A DNA stretch of 58,035 bases, taken from positions 62,001 to 120,035 of the forward strand of contig JANJGN010001651.1 in the NCBI GenBank assembly GCA_026770705.1, written 5' to 3'. The translations under genes and the position numbers were made by a program. Positions 15,001-30,000 of the stretch are shown one piece after another (positions within the stretch are counted from its first letter, which is position 1; each line of letters opens with the position of its first letter). Under the pieces are notes generated by a model. That model saw only the letters and a program-made list of their open reading frames with translations, ran no database searches and was not told the DNA's origin. The stretch is from Isurus oxyrinchus. Taxonomy: Eukaryota.

Positions 15001-18000
15001 CCACCCCGAAACCCTCGATTAGATTCCAGTCTGTAACTCACTCCCGAGTATCTGTTATTCTATATATAAACCACCCCGAATCCCTCGATTAGATTCCAGT
15101 CTGTAACTCACTCCCGGGTATCTGTTATTCTTTATATAAACCAGCTCGAAACCCTCGATTAAATTCCAGTCTGTAACTCACTCCCGGGTATCTGTTATTC
15201 TATACATAACCCACCCCGAACACCTCGATTAGATTCCAGTCTGTAACTCACTCCCGGGTATCTGTTATTCTATATATAAACCTCCCTGAACGCCTCGATT
15301 AGATTCCAGTCTGTAACTCACTCCCGCGTATCTGTTATTCTATATATAAAACACCCCGAGCCCCTCGATTAGATTCCAGTCTGTAACTCACTCTCGGGTA
15401 TCTGTTATTCTATATATAAACCACCCCGAACCACTCGATTAGATTCCAGTCTGTAACACACTCCCGGGTATCTGTTATTCTATATATAAACCACCCCGAA
15501 CCACTCGATTAGATTCCAGTCTGTAACACACTCCCGGGTATCTGTTATTCTATATATAAACCACCCCGAACCCCTCGATTAGATTCCAGTCTGTAACTCA
15601 CTCCCGGGTATCTGCTATTCTATATATAAAACCCCATCGTACATCTCGATTAGATTCTAGTCTGTAACTCACTCCCGGGTATCTCTTATTCTATATATAA
15701 ACCCCCCAAAACCACTCGATTCGATTCCAGTCTGTAACTCACTCCGGGGTATCTGTTATTCTATATATAAACCCCCCCCGAACCACTCGCTTACATTCCA
15801 GTCTGTAACTCACTCCCGGGTATCTGTTATTCTATATATAAACCCCCCCGTACCCCTCGATTAGATTCCAGTCTGTAACTCACTCCCGGGTATCTATTAT
15901 TCAATATATAAACCATCCCGAAACACTCGATTACATTCCAGTCAGTAACTCAATCCCGGGTATCTGTTATGCTATATATAAACCACCCCATACCCCTCGA
16001 TTAGATTCCAGTCTGTAACACACTCCCGGGTATCTGTTATTCTATATATAAACCATCCCATACCCCTCGATTAGATTCCAGTCTGTAACTCACTCCCGGG
16101 TATCTGTTATTCTATATATAAACCACCACATATCCCTCGAATAGATTCCAGTCTGTAACTCACTCCCGGATATCTGTTATTCTATATATAAACCACCCCG
16201 AAACCCTCGATTAGATTCCAGTCTGTAACTCACTCCCGAGTATCATTTATTCTATATATAAACCACCCCGAATCCCTCGATTAGATTCCAGTCTGTAACT
16301 CACTCCCGGGTATCTGTTATTCTTTATATAAACCACCTCGAAACCCTCGATTAAATTCCAGTCTGTAACTCACTCCGCGGGTATCTGTTATTCTATATAT
16401 AACCCACGCCGAAACCCCTGGATTAGATTCCAGTCTGTAACTCCCTCCCGGGTATCTGTTATTCTATATATTAACCACCCCGAACCTCTCAATCAGATTC
16501 CAGTCTGTAACTCACTCCCGGGTATCTGTTATTCTATATATAAACCACCCCGAACCCCTCGATTAGATTCCAGTCTGTAACTCAATCCCGGGAATCTGTT
16601 ATTCTATATATAAACCACCCCGAACCCCTCGATTCGATTCCAGTCTGTAACTCACTCCCGAGAATCTGTTATTCTATATATAAACCACGCCGAAACCCCT
16701 GGATTAGATTCCAGTCTGTAAATCACTCCCGGGTATCTGTTATTCTATATATAAACCCCCCCGAACCCCTCGATTAGATTCCAGTCTGTAACTCACTCCC
16801 GGGTATCTGTTATTCTATATATAAACAACCCCGAACCCCTCGATTAGATTCCAGTCTGTAACTCACTCCCGGGTATCTGTTATTCTATATATAAACCACC
16901 CCGAACGCCTCGATTAGTTTCCAGTCTGTAACTCACTCCCGGGTATCTGTTATTCTATATATAAACCACCCCGAACGCCTCGATTAGATTCCAGTCTTTA
17001 ACTCACTCCCTGGAATCTGTTATTCTATATATAAACCCCTCCGAACCCCTCGATTAGATTCCAGTCTTTAACTCACTCCCGGGTATCTGTTATTCTATAT
17101 ATAAACCCACCCGAAACCCCTCGATTAGAATCCAGTCTGTAACTCACTCCTGGGTATCTGTTATTCTATATATAAACCACCCCGAATGCCTCGATTAGAT
17201 TCCAGTCTGTAACTCACTCCCGGGTATCTGTTATTCTATATATAAACCACCCCGAACCCCTCGATTTGATTCCAGTCTGTAACTCACTCCCGGGTATCTG
17301 TTATTGTATATATAAACCACCCCGAACCCCTCGATTAGATTCCAGTCTGTAACTCACTCCCGTGTTCTGTTATTCTATATATAAACCCCCCCGAACCCCT
17401 CGATTAGATTCCAGTCTGTAACTCACTCCCGGGTATCTGTTATTCTATATATAAACCACCCCGAACCCCTCGATTTGATTCCAGTCTGTAACTCACTCCC
17501 GGGTATCTGTTATTCTATATATAAACCCCCTGAACCCCTCGATTCGATTCCAGTCTGTAACTCACTCCCGGGTATCTGTTATTCTATACGTAAACCACTC
17601 CAAACCCCTCGATTAGATTCCAGTCTGTAACTCACTCCCGGGTATCTGTTATTCTATATATAAACCCACCCGAAACCCCTCGATTAGAATCCAGTCTGTA
17701 ACTCACTCCTGGGTATCTGTTATTCTATATATAAATCACCCCGAACGCCTCGATTACATTCTGTTCTGTAACACACTCCCAGGTATCTGTTATTCTATAT
17801 ATAAACCACCCCGAACCCCTCGATTAGATTCCAGTCTGTAACTCAATCCTGGGTATGTGTTATTCTATATATAAACCCCAACGAACCCCTCGATTAGATT
17901 CCAGTCTGTAACTCACTCCCGGGTATCTGTTATTCTATATATAAACCACCCCGAACACCTCGATTAGATTCCAGTCTGTAACTCACTCCCGGGTATCTGT

Positions 18001-21000
18001 TATTATATATATAAACCCCCCGAAACCCCTCGATTAGATTCCAGTCTCTAACTCTCTCCCGGGTTTCTGTTATTCTATATATAAACCCCCCCGAACCCCT
18101 CGATTAGATTCCAGTCTGTAACTCACTCCCGGGAATCTGTTATTCTATATATAAACCACCCCGAACCCCTCGATTAGATTCCAGTCTGTAACTCACTCCC
18201 GGGTGTCTGTTATTCTATATATAAACCACCCCGAACCCCTCGATTAGATTCCAGTCTGTAACTCAATCCCGGGTATCTGTTATTCTATATATAAACCACC
18301 CCGAAACCCCTCGATAAGATTCAAGTCTGTAACTCACTCCCGGGTATCTGTTATTCTATGTATAAACCACCCCGAGCCCCTCGATTAGATTCCAGTCTGT
18401 AACTCACTCCCGGGTATCTGTTATTCTTTATATAAACCACCTCAAAACCCTCGATTAAATTCCAGTCTGTAACTCACTCCGCGGGTATCTGTTATTCTAT
18501 ATATAAACCACGCCGAAACCCCTGGATTAGATTCCAGTCTGTAACTCACTCCCGGGTTTCTGTTATTCTATATATAAACCACCCCGAACCCCTCGATTAG
18601 ATTCCAGTCTGTAACTCACTCCCGGGTATCTGTTATTCTATGTATAAACCACCCCGAACCCCTCGATTAGATTCCAGTCTGTAACTCAATCCCGGGAATC
18701 TGTTATTCTATATATAAACCACCCCGAACCCCTCGATTAGATTCCAGTCTGTAACTCACTCCCGGGTATCTGTTATTCTATATATAAACCACCCCGAACG
18801 CCTCGATTAGATTCCAGTCTGTAACTCACTCCCGGGTATCTGTTATTCTATATATAAACCACCCCGAACGCCTCGATTAGATTCCAGTCTGTAACTCACT
18901 CCCGGGTATCTGTTATTCTATATATAAACCACCCAGAACGCCTCGATTAGATTCCAGTCTGTAACTCACTCCCGGGTATCTGTTATTCTATAGATAAACC
19001 CCCTGAACCCCTCGATTAGATTCCAGTCTGTAACTCACTCCCGGGTATCTGTTATTCTATACATAAACCACCCCGTACGCCTCGATTAGATTCCAGTCTT
19101 TAACTCACTCCCGGGAATCTGTTATTCTATATATAAACCCCTCCGAACCCCTCGATTAGATTCCAGTCTTTAACTCACTCCCGGGTATCTGTTATTCTAT
19201 ATATAAACCCACCCGAAACCCCTCGATTAGAATCCAGTCTGTAACTCACTCCTGGGTATCTGTTATTCTATATATAAACCACCCCGAATGCCTCGATTAG
19301 ATTCCAGTCTGTAACTCACTCCCGGGTATCTGTTATTCTATATATAAACCACCCCGAACCCCTCGATTAGATTCCAGTCTGTAACTCACTCCCGGGTATA
19401 TGTTATTCTATATATAAACCACCCCGAACCCCTCGATTAGATTCCAGTCTGTAACTCACTCCCGTGTTCTGTTATTCTATATATAAATCACCCCGAACCC
19501 CTCGATTACATTCCAGTCTGTAACACACTCCCGGGTATCTGTTATTCTATATATAAACCACCCCGAACCCCTCGATTAGATTCCAGTCTGTAACTCACTC
19601 CCGGGTATGTGTTATTCTATATATAAACCCCAACGAACCCCTCGATTAGATTCCAGTCTGTAACTCACTCCCGGGTATATGTTATTATATATATAAACCC
19701 CCCGAAACCCCTCGATTAGATTCCAGTCTGTAACTCACTTCCAGGTATCTGTTATTCTATATATAAAACACCCCGAACCCCTCGATTAGATTCCAGTCTG
19801 TAACTCTCTCCCGGGTTTCTGTTATTCTATAGATAAACCCCCCCGAACCCCTCGATTAGATTCCAGTCTGTAACTCACTCCCGGGAATCTGTTATTCTAT
19901 ATATAATCCACCCCGAACCCCTCGATTAGATTCCAGTCTGTAACTCACTCCCGGGTGTCTGTTATTCTATATATAAACCACCCCGAACCCCTCGATTAGA
20001 TTCCAGTCTGTAACTCACTCCCGGGTATCTGTTATTCTATATATAAACCACCCCGAACCCCTCGATTAGATTCCAGTCTTTAACTCACTCCCGGGTATCT
20101 GTTATTCTATATATAAAACACCCCGAACCCCTCGATTAGATTCCAGTCTGTAACTCACTCCTGGGTGTCTGTTATTCTATATATAAATCTCCCCGAACCC
20201 CTCGATTAGATTCCAGTCTGTAACTCACTCCCGGGAATCTGTTATTCTATATATAAACCACCTGAACACCTCGATTAGATTCCAGTCTGTAACTCACTCC
20301 GGGGTATCTGTTATTCCATATATAAACCCCCCCGAACCCCTCGATTAGATTCCAGTCTGTAACTCACTCCCGGGTATCTGTTATTCTATATATCAACCCC
20401 ACCGAACCCCTCGATTAGATTCCAGTCTGTAACTCACTCCCGGGTATCTGTTATTCTATATATAACCCACCCCGAACCCCTCGATTAGATTCCAGTCTGT
20501 AACTCACTCCCGGGTATCTGTTATTCTATATATAAACCACCCCGAACCCCTCGATTAGATTCCAGTCTGTAACTCACTCCCGGGTATCTGTTATTCTATT
20601 TATAAACCCCCCTGAATCCCTCGATTAGATTCCAGTCTGAAACTCACTACCGGGTATCTGTTATTATATATATAAACCCCCCGAACCCCTCGATTAGATT
20701 CCAGTCTGTAACTCATCCCTGGGTATCTCTTATTCTATATATAAACCCACCCCGAACCCCTCGATTAGATTCCAGTCTGTAACTCACTCCCGGGTATCTG
20801 TTATTCTATATATAAACCACCCCGAACCCCTGGATTAGATTCCAGTCTGTAACTCACTCCCGGGTATCTGTTATTCTATATATAAACCACCCCGAACCCC
20901 TCGATTAGATTCCAGTCTGTAACTCACTCCCGGGTATCTGTTATTCTACATATAAACCACCCCGAACCCCTCGATTAGATTCCAGTCTGTAACTCACTCC

Positions 21001-24000
21001 CGGGTATCTGTTATTCTATATATAAACCACCCCGAACCCCTCGATTAGATTCCAGTCTGTAACTCACTCCCGGGTATCTGTTATTCCATATATAAACCCC
21101 CCCGAAACCCTCGATTAGATTCCAGTCTGTAACTCACTCCCGGGTATCTGTTATTCTATACATAACCCACCCCGAACACCTCGATTAGATTCCAGTCTGT
21201 AACTCACTCCCGGGTATCTGTTATTCTATATATAAACCACCCCGAACACCTCGATTAGATTCCAGTCTGTAACTCACTCCCGGGTATCTGTTATTCTATA
21301 CATAACCCACCCCGAACACCTCGATTTGATTCCAGTCTGTAACTCACTCCCGGGTATCTGTTATTCTATATATAAACCTCCCTGAACGCCTCGATTAGAT
21401 TCCAGTCTGTAACTCACTCCCGGGTATCTGTTATTCTATATATAAAACACCCCGAGCCCCTCGATTAGATTCCAGTCTGTAACTCACTCTCGGGTATCTG
21501 TTATTCTATATATAAACCACCCCGAACCACTCGATTAGATTCCAGTCTGTAACACACTCCCGGGTATCTGTTATTCTATATATAAACCACCCCGAACCCC
21601 TCGATTAGATTCCAGTCTGTAACTCACTCCCGGGTATCTGTTATTCTATATATAAACCAGCCCGAACCACTCGATTAGATTCCAGCCTGTAACTCACTCC
21701 CGGGTATCTGTTATTCTGTATATAAAACGCCCCGAACCCCTCGATTAGATTCCAGTCTGTAACTCACTCCCGGGTATCTCTTATTCTATATATAAACCCC
21801 CCCGAACCACTCGCTTACATTCCAGTCTGTAACTCACTCCCGGGTATCTGTTATTCTATATATAAACCCCCCCGAACCCCTCGATTAGATTCCAGTCTGT
21901 AACTCACTCCCGGGTATCTGTTATTCTATATATAAACCACCCCGAACCCCTCGATTAGATTCCAGTCTGTAACTCACTCCCGGGTATCTATTATTCAATA
22001 TATAAACCATCCCGAAACACTCGATTACGTTCCAGTCAGTAACTCAATCCCGGGTATCTGTTATGCTATATATAAACCACCCCATACCCCTCGATTAGAT
22101 TCCAGTCTGTAACCCACTCCCGGGTATGTGTTATTCTATATATAAACCATTCCATACCCCTCGATTAGATTCCAGTCTGTAACTCACTCCCGGGTATCTG
22201 TTATTCTATATATAAACCACCCCGAAACCCTCGATTAGATTCCAGTCTGTAACTCACTCCCGAGTATCTGTTATTCTATATATAAACCACCCCGAATCCC
22301 TCGATTAGATTCCAGTCTGTAACTCACTCCCGGGTATCTGTTATTCGTTATATAAACCACCTCGAAACCCTCGATTAAATTCCAGTCTGTAACTCACTCC
22401 GCGGGTATCTGTTATTCTATATATAAACCACGCCGAAACCCCTGGATTAGATTCCAGTCTGTAACTCACTCCCGGGTATCTGTTATTCTATATATTAACC
22501 ACCCCGAACCTCTCAATCAGATTCCAGTCTTTAACTCAATCCCGGGTATCTGTTATTCTATATATAAACCACCCCGAACCCCTCGATTAGATTCCAGTCT
22601 GTAACTCAATCCCGGGAATCTGTTATTCTATATATAAACCACCCCGAACCCCTCGATTCGATTCCAGTCTGTAACTCACTCCCGAGAATCTGTTATTCTA
22701 TATATAAACCACCCCGAACCCCTCGATTAGATTCCAGTCTGTAACTCACTCACGGGTATCTGTTATTCTATATATAAACCCCCCCGAACCCCTCGATTAG
22801 ATTCCAGTCTGTAACTCACTCCCGGGTATCTGTTATTCTATATATAAACAACCCCGAACCACTCGATTAGATTCCAGTCTGTAACTCACTCCCGGGTATC
22901 TGTTATTCTATATATAAACCACCCCGAGCGCCTCGATTAGATTCCAGTCTGTAACTCACTCCCGGGTATCTGTTATTCTATATATAAACCACCCCGAACC
23001 CCTCGATTAGATTCCAGACTGTAACTCACTCCCGGGTATCTGTTATTCTATTTATAAACCCCCCTGAATCCCTCGATTAGATTCCAGTCTGAAACTCACT
23101 ACCGGGTATCTGTTATTATATATATAAACCCCCCGAACCCCTCGATTAGATTCCAGTCTGTAACTCATCCCTGGGTATCTCTTATTCTATATATAAACCC
23201 ACCCCGAACCCCTCGATTAGATTCCAGTCTGTAACTCACTCCCGGGTATCTGTTATTCTATATATAAACCACCCCGAACCCCTGGATTAGATTCCAGTCT
23301 GTAACTCACTCCCGGGTATCTGTTTTTCTATATATAAACCACCCCGAACCCCTCGATTAGATTCCAGTCTGTAACTCACTCCCGGGTATCTGTTATTCTA
23401 CATATAAACCACCCCGAACCCCTCGATTAGATTCCAGTCTGTAACTCACTCCCGGGTATCTGTTATTCTATATATAAACCACCCCGAACCCCTCGATTAG
23501 ATTCCAGTCTGTAACTCACTCCCGGGTATCTGTTATTCCATATATAAACCCCCCCGAAACCCTCGATTAGATTCCAGTCTGTAACTCACTCCCGGGTATC
23601 TGTTATTCTATACATAACCCACCCCGAACACCTCGATTAGATTCCAGTCTGTAACTCACTCCCGGGTATCTGTTATTCTATATATAAACCACCCCGAACA
23701 CCTCGATTAGATTCCAGTCTGTAACTCACTCCCGGGTATCTGTTATTCTATACATAACCCACCCCGAACACCTCGATTTGATTCCAGTCTGTAACTCACT
23801 CCCGGGTATCTGTTATTCTATATATAAACCTCCCTGAACGCCTCGATTAGATTCCAGTCTGTAACTCACTCCCGGGTATCTGTTATTCTATATATAAAAC
23901 ACCCCGAGCCCCTCGATTAGATTCCAGTCTGTAACTCACTCTCGGGTATCTGTTATTCTATATATAAACCACCCCGAACCACTCGATTAGATTCCAGTCT

Positions 24001-27000
24001 GTAACACACTCCCGGGTATCTGTTATTCTATATATAAACCACCCCGAACCCCTCGATTAGATTCCAGTCTGTAACTCACTCCCGGGTATCTGCTATTCTA
24101 TATATAAAACCCCATCGTACCTCTCGATTAGATTCCAGTCTGTAACTCACTCCCGGGTATCTGTTATTCTATATATAAACCAGCCCGAACCACTCGATTA
24201 GATTCCAGCCTGTAACTCACTCCCGGGTATCTGTTATTCTGTATATAAACCGCCCCGAACCCCTCGATTAGATTCCAGTCTGTAACTCACTCCCGGGTAT
24301 CTCTTATTCTATATATAAACCCCCCAAAACCACTCGATTCGATTCCAGTCTGTAACTCACTCCCGGGTATCTGTTATTCTATATATAAACCCCCCCGAAC
24401 CACTCGCTTACATTCCAGTCTGTAACTCACTCCCGGGTATCGGTTATTCTATATATAAACCCCCCCGAACCCCTCGATTAGATTCCAGTCTGTAACTCAC
24501 TCCCGGGTATCTGTTATTCTATATATAAACCACCCCGAACCCCTCGATTAGATTCCAGTCTGTAACTCACTCCCGGGTATCTATTATTCAATATATAAAC
24601 CATCCCGAAACACTCGATTACATTCCAGTCAGTAACTCAATCCCGGGTATCTGTTATGCTATATATAAACCACCCCATACCCCTCGATTAGATTCCAGTC
24701 TGTAACACACTCCCGGGTATCTGTTATTCTATATATAAACCATCCCATACCCCTCGATTAGATTCCAGTCTGTAACTCACTCCCGGGTATCTGTTATTCT
24801 ATATATAAACCACCACATATCCCTCGAATAGATTCCAGTCTGTAACTCACTCCCGGATATCTGTTATTCTATATATAAACAACCCCGAAACCCTCGATTA
24901 GATTCCAGTCTGTAACTCACTCCCGAGTATCTGTTATTCTATATATAAACCACCCCGAATCCCTCGATTAGATTCCAGTCTGTAACTCACTCCCGGGTAT
25001 CTGTTATTCTTTATATAAACCACCTCGAAACCCTCGATTAAATTCCAGTCTGTAACTCACTCCGCGGGTATCTGTTATTCTATATATAAACCACGCCGAA
25101 ACCCCTGGATTAGATTCCAGTCTGTAACTCACTCCCGGGTATCTGTTATTCTATATATTAACCACCCCGAACCTCTCAATCAGATTCCAGTCTGTAACTC
25201 ACTCCCGGGTATCTGTTATTCTATATATAAACCACCCCGAACCCCTCGATTAGATTCCAGTCTGTAACTCAATTCCGGGAATCTGTTATTCTATATATAA
25301 ACCACCCCGAACCCCTCGATTCGATTCCAGTCTGTAACTCACTCCCGAGAATCTGTTATTCTATATATAAACCACGCCGAAACCTCTGGATTAGATTCCA
25401 GTCTGTAACTCACTCCCGCGTATCTGTTATTCTATATATAAACCCCCCCGAACCCCTCGATTAGATTCCAGTCTGTAACACACTCCCGGGTATCTGTTAT
25501 TCTATATATAAACAACCCCGAACCCCTCGATTAGATTCCAGCCTGTAACTCACTCCCGGGTATCTGTTATTCTATATATAAACCACCCCGAACGCCTCGA
25601 TTAGTTTCCAGTCTGTAACTCACTCCCGGGTATCTGTTATTCTATATATAAACCACCCCGAACGCCTCGATTAGATTCCAGTCTTTAACTCACTCCCGGG
25701 AATCTGTTATTCTATATATAAACCCCTCCGAACCCCTCGATTAGATTCCAGTCTTTAACTCACTCCCGGGTATCTGTTATTCTATATATAAACCCACCCG
25801 AAACCCCTCGATTAGAATCCAGTCTGTAACTCACTCCTGGGTATCTGTTATTCTATATATAAACCACCCCGAATGCCTCGATTAGATTCCAGTCTGTAAC
25901 TCACTCCCGGGTATCTGTTATTCTATATATAAACCACCCCGAACCCCTCGATTAGATTCCAGTCTGTAACTCACTCCCGGGTATCTGTTATTCTATATAT
26001 AAACCACCCCGAACCCCTCGATTAGATTCCAGTCTGTAACTCACTCCCGTGTTCTGTTATTCTATATATAAACCCCCCCGAACCCCTCGATTAGATTCCA
26101 GTCTGTAACTCACTCCCGGGTATGTGTTATTCTATATATAAACCACCCCGAACCCCTCGATTTGATTCCAGTCTGTAACTCACTCCCGGGTATCTGTTAT
26201 TCTATATATAAACCCCCTGAACCCCTCGATTCGATTCCAGTCTGTAACTCACTCCCGGGTATCTTTTATTCTATACGTAAACCACTCCAAACCCCTCGAT
26301 TAGATTCCAGTCTGTAACTCACTCCCGGGTATCTGTTATTCTATATATAAACCCACCCGAAACCCCTCGATTAGAATCCAGTCTGTAACTCACTCCTGGG
26401 TATCTGTTATTCTATATATAAATCACCCCGAACGCCTCGATTACATTCCAGTCTGTAACACACTCCCAGGTATCTGTTATTCTATATATAAACCCCAACG
26501 AACCCCTCGATTAGATTCCAGTCTGTAACTCACTCCCGGGTATCTGTTATTCTATATATAAACCACCCCGAACACCTCGATTAGATTCCAGTCTGTAACT
26601 CACTCCCGGGTATCTGTTATTATATATATAAACCCCCCGAAACCCCTCGATTAGATTCCAGTCTCTAACTCTCTCCCGGGTTTCTGTTATTCTATATATA
26701 AACCCCCCCGAACCCCTCGATTAGATTCCAGTCTGTAACTCACTCCCGGGAATCTGTTATTCTATATATAAACCACCCCGAACCCCTCGATTAGATTCCA
26801 GTCTGTAACTCACTCCCGGGTGTCTGTTATTCTATATATAAACCACCCCGAACCCCTCGATTAGATTCCAGTCTGTAACACACTCCCAGGTATCTGTTAT
26901 TCTATATATAAACCCCAACGAACCCCTCGATTAGATTCCAGTCTGTAACTCACTCCCGGGTTTCTGTTATTCTATGTATAAACCACCCCGAGCCCCTCGA

Positions 27001-30000
27001 TTAGGTTCCAGTCTGTAACTCACTCCCGGGTATCTGTTATTCTGTATATACACCACCCCGAACACCTCGATTAGATTCCAGTCTGTAACTCACTCCCGGG
27101 TATCTGTTATTCTATATATAAACCACCCCGAACCCCTCGATTAGATTCCAGTCTTTAACTCACTCCCGTGTATCTGTTATTCTATATATAAAACACCCCG
27201 AACCCCTCGATTAGATTCCAGTCTGTAACTCACTCCTGGGTGTCTGTTATTCTATATATAAATCTCCCCGAACCCCTCGATTAGATTCCAGTCTGTAACT
27301 CACTCCCGGGAATCTGTTATTCTATATATAAACCACCTGAACACCTCGATTAGATTCCAGTCTGTAACTCACTCCGGGGTATCTGTTATTCCATATATAA
27401 ACCCCCCCGAACCCCTCGATTAGATTCCAGTCTGTAACTCACTCCCGGGTATCTGTTATTCTATATATCAACCCCACCGAACCCCTCGATTAGATTCCAG
27501 TCTGTAACTCACTCCCGGGTATCTGTTATTCTATATATAACCCACCCCGAACCCCTCGATTAGATTCCAGCCTGTAACTCACTCCCGGGTATCTGTTATT
27601 CTATATATAAACCACCCCGAACCCCTCGATTAGATTCCAGTCTGTAACTCACTCCCGGGTATCTGTTATTCTATATATAAACCACCCCGAACCCCTGGAT
27701 TAGATTCCAGTCTGTAACTCACTCCCGGGTATCTGTTATTCTATATATAAACCACCCCGAACCCCTCGATTAGATTCCAGTCTGTAACTCACTCCCGGGT
27801 ATCTGTTATTCTACATATAAACCACCCCGAACCCCTCGATTCGATTCCAGTCTTTAACTCACTCACGTTTATCTGTTATTCTATATATAAAACACCCTGA
27901 ACCCCTCGATTAGATTCCAGTCTGTAACTCACTCCCGGGTGTCTGTTATTCTATATATAAATCACCCCGAACCCCTCGATTAGATTCCAGGCTGTAACTC
28001 ACTCCCGGGAATCTGTTATTCTATATATAAAGCACCTGAACACCTCGATTAAATTCCAGTCTGTAACTCACTCCCGGGTATCTGTTATTCTATATATAAA
28101 CCACCCCGAACCCCTCGATTTGATTCCAGTCTGTAACTCACTCCCGGGTATCTGTTATTCCATATATAAACCCCCCCGAAACCCTCGATTAGATTCCAGT
28201 CTGTAACTCACTCCCGGGTATCTGTTATTCTATACATAACCCACCCCGAACACCTCGATTAGATTCCAGTCTGTAACTCACTCCCGGGTATCTGTTATTC
28301 TATATATAAAACACCCCGAACACCTCGATTATATTCCAGTCTGTAACTCGCTCCCGGGTATCTGTTATTCTATACATAACCCACCCCGAACACCTCGATT
28401 AGATTCCAGTCTGTAACTCACTCCCGGGTATCTGTTATTCTATATATAAACCTCCCTGAACGCCTCGATTAGATTCCCGTCTGTAACTCACTCCCGGGTA
28501 TCTGTTATTCTATATATAAACCACCACATATCCCTCGAATAGATTCCAGTCTGTAACTCACTCCCGGATATCTGTTATTCTATATATAAACCACCCCGAA
28601 ACCCTTGATTAGATTCCAGTCTGTAACTCACTCCCGAGTATCTGTTATTCTATATATAAACCACCCCGAATCCCTCGATTAGATTCCGGTCTGTAACTCA
28701 CTCCCGGGTATCTGTTATTCTTTATATAAACCACCTCGAAACCCTCGATTAAATTCCAGTCTGTAACTCACTCCGCGGGTATCTGTTATTCTATATATAA
28801 ACCACGCCGAAACCCCTGGATTAGATTCCAGTCTGTAACTCACTCCCGGGTATCTGTTATTCTATATATTAACCACCCCGAACCTCTCAATCAGATTCCA
28901 GTCTGTAACTCACTCCCGGGTATCTGTTATTCTATATATAAACCACCCCGAACCCCTCGATTAGATTCCAGTCTGTAACTCAATCCCGGGAATCTGTTAT
29001 TCTATATATAAACCACCCCGAACCCCTCGATTCGATTCCAGTCTGTAACTCACTCCCGAGAATCTGTTATTCTATATATAAACCACGCCGAAACCCCTGG
29101 ATTAGATTCCAGTCTGTAACTCACTCCCGGGTATCTGTTATTCTATATATAAACCCCCCCGAACCCCTCGATTAGATTCCAGTCTGTAACTCACTCCCGG
29201 GTATCTGTTATTCTATATATAAACAACCCCGAACCCCTCGATTAGATTCCAGTCTGTAACTCACTCCCGGGTATCTGTTATTCTATATATAAACCACCCC
29301 GAACGCCTCGATTAGTTTCCAGTCTGTAACTCTCTCCCGGGTATCTGATATTCTATATATAAACCACCCCGAATGCCTCGATTAGATTCCAGTCTTTAAC
29401 TCACTCCCGGGAATCTGTTATTCTATATATAAACCCCTCCGAACCCCTCGATTAGATTCCAGTCTTTAACTCACTCCCGGGTATCTGTTATTCTATATAT
29501 AAACCCACCCGAAACCCCTCGATTAGATTCCAGTCTGTAACTCACTCCTGGGTATCTGTTATTCTATATATAAACCACCCCGAATGCCTCGATTAGATTC
29601 CAGTCTGTAACTCACTCCCGGGTATCTGTTATTCTATATATAAACCACCCCGAACCCCTCGATTAGATTCCAGTCTGTAACTCACTCCCGGGTATCTGTT
29701 ATTCTATATATAAACCACCCCGAACCCCTCGATTAGATTCCAGTCTGTAACTCACTCCCGTGTTCTGTTATTCTATATATAAACCCCCCCGAACCCCTCG
29801 ATTAGATTCCAGTCTGTAACTCACTCCCGGGTATCTGTTATTCTATATATAAACCACCCCGAACCCCTCGATTTGATTCCAGTCTGTAACTCACTCCCGG
29901 GTATCTGTTATTCTATATATAAACCCCCTGAACCCCTCGATTCGATTCCAGTCTGTAACTCACTCCCGGGTATCTGTTTTTCTATACGTAAACCACTCCA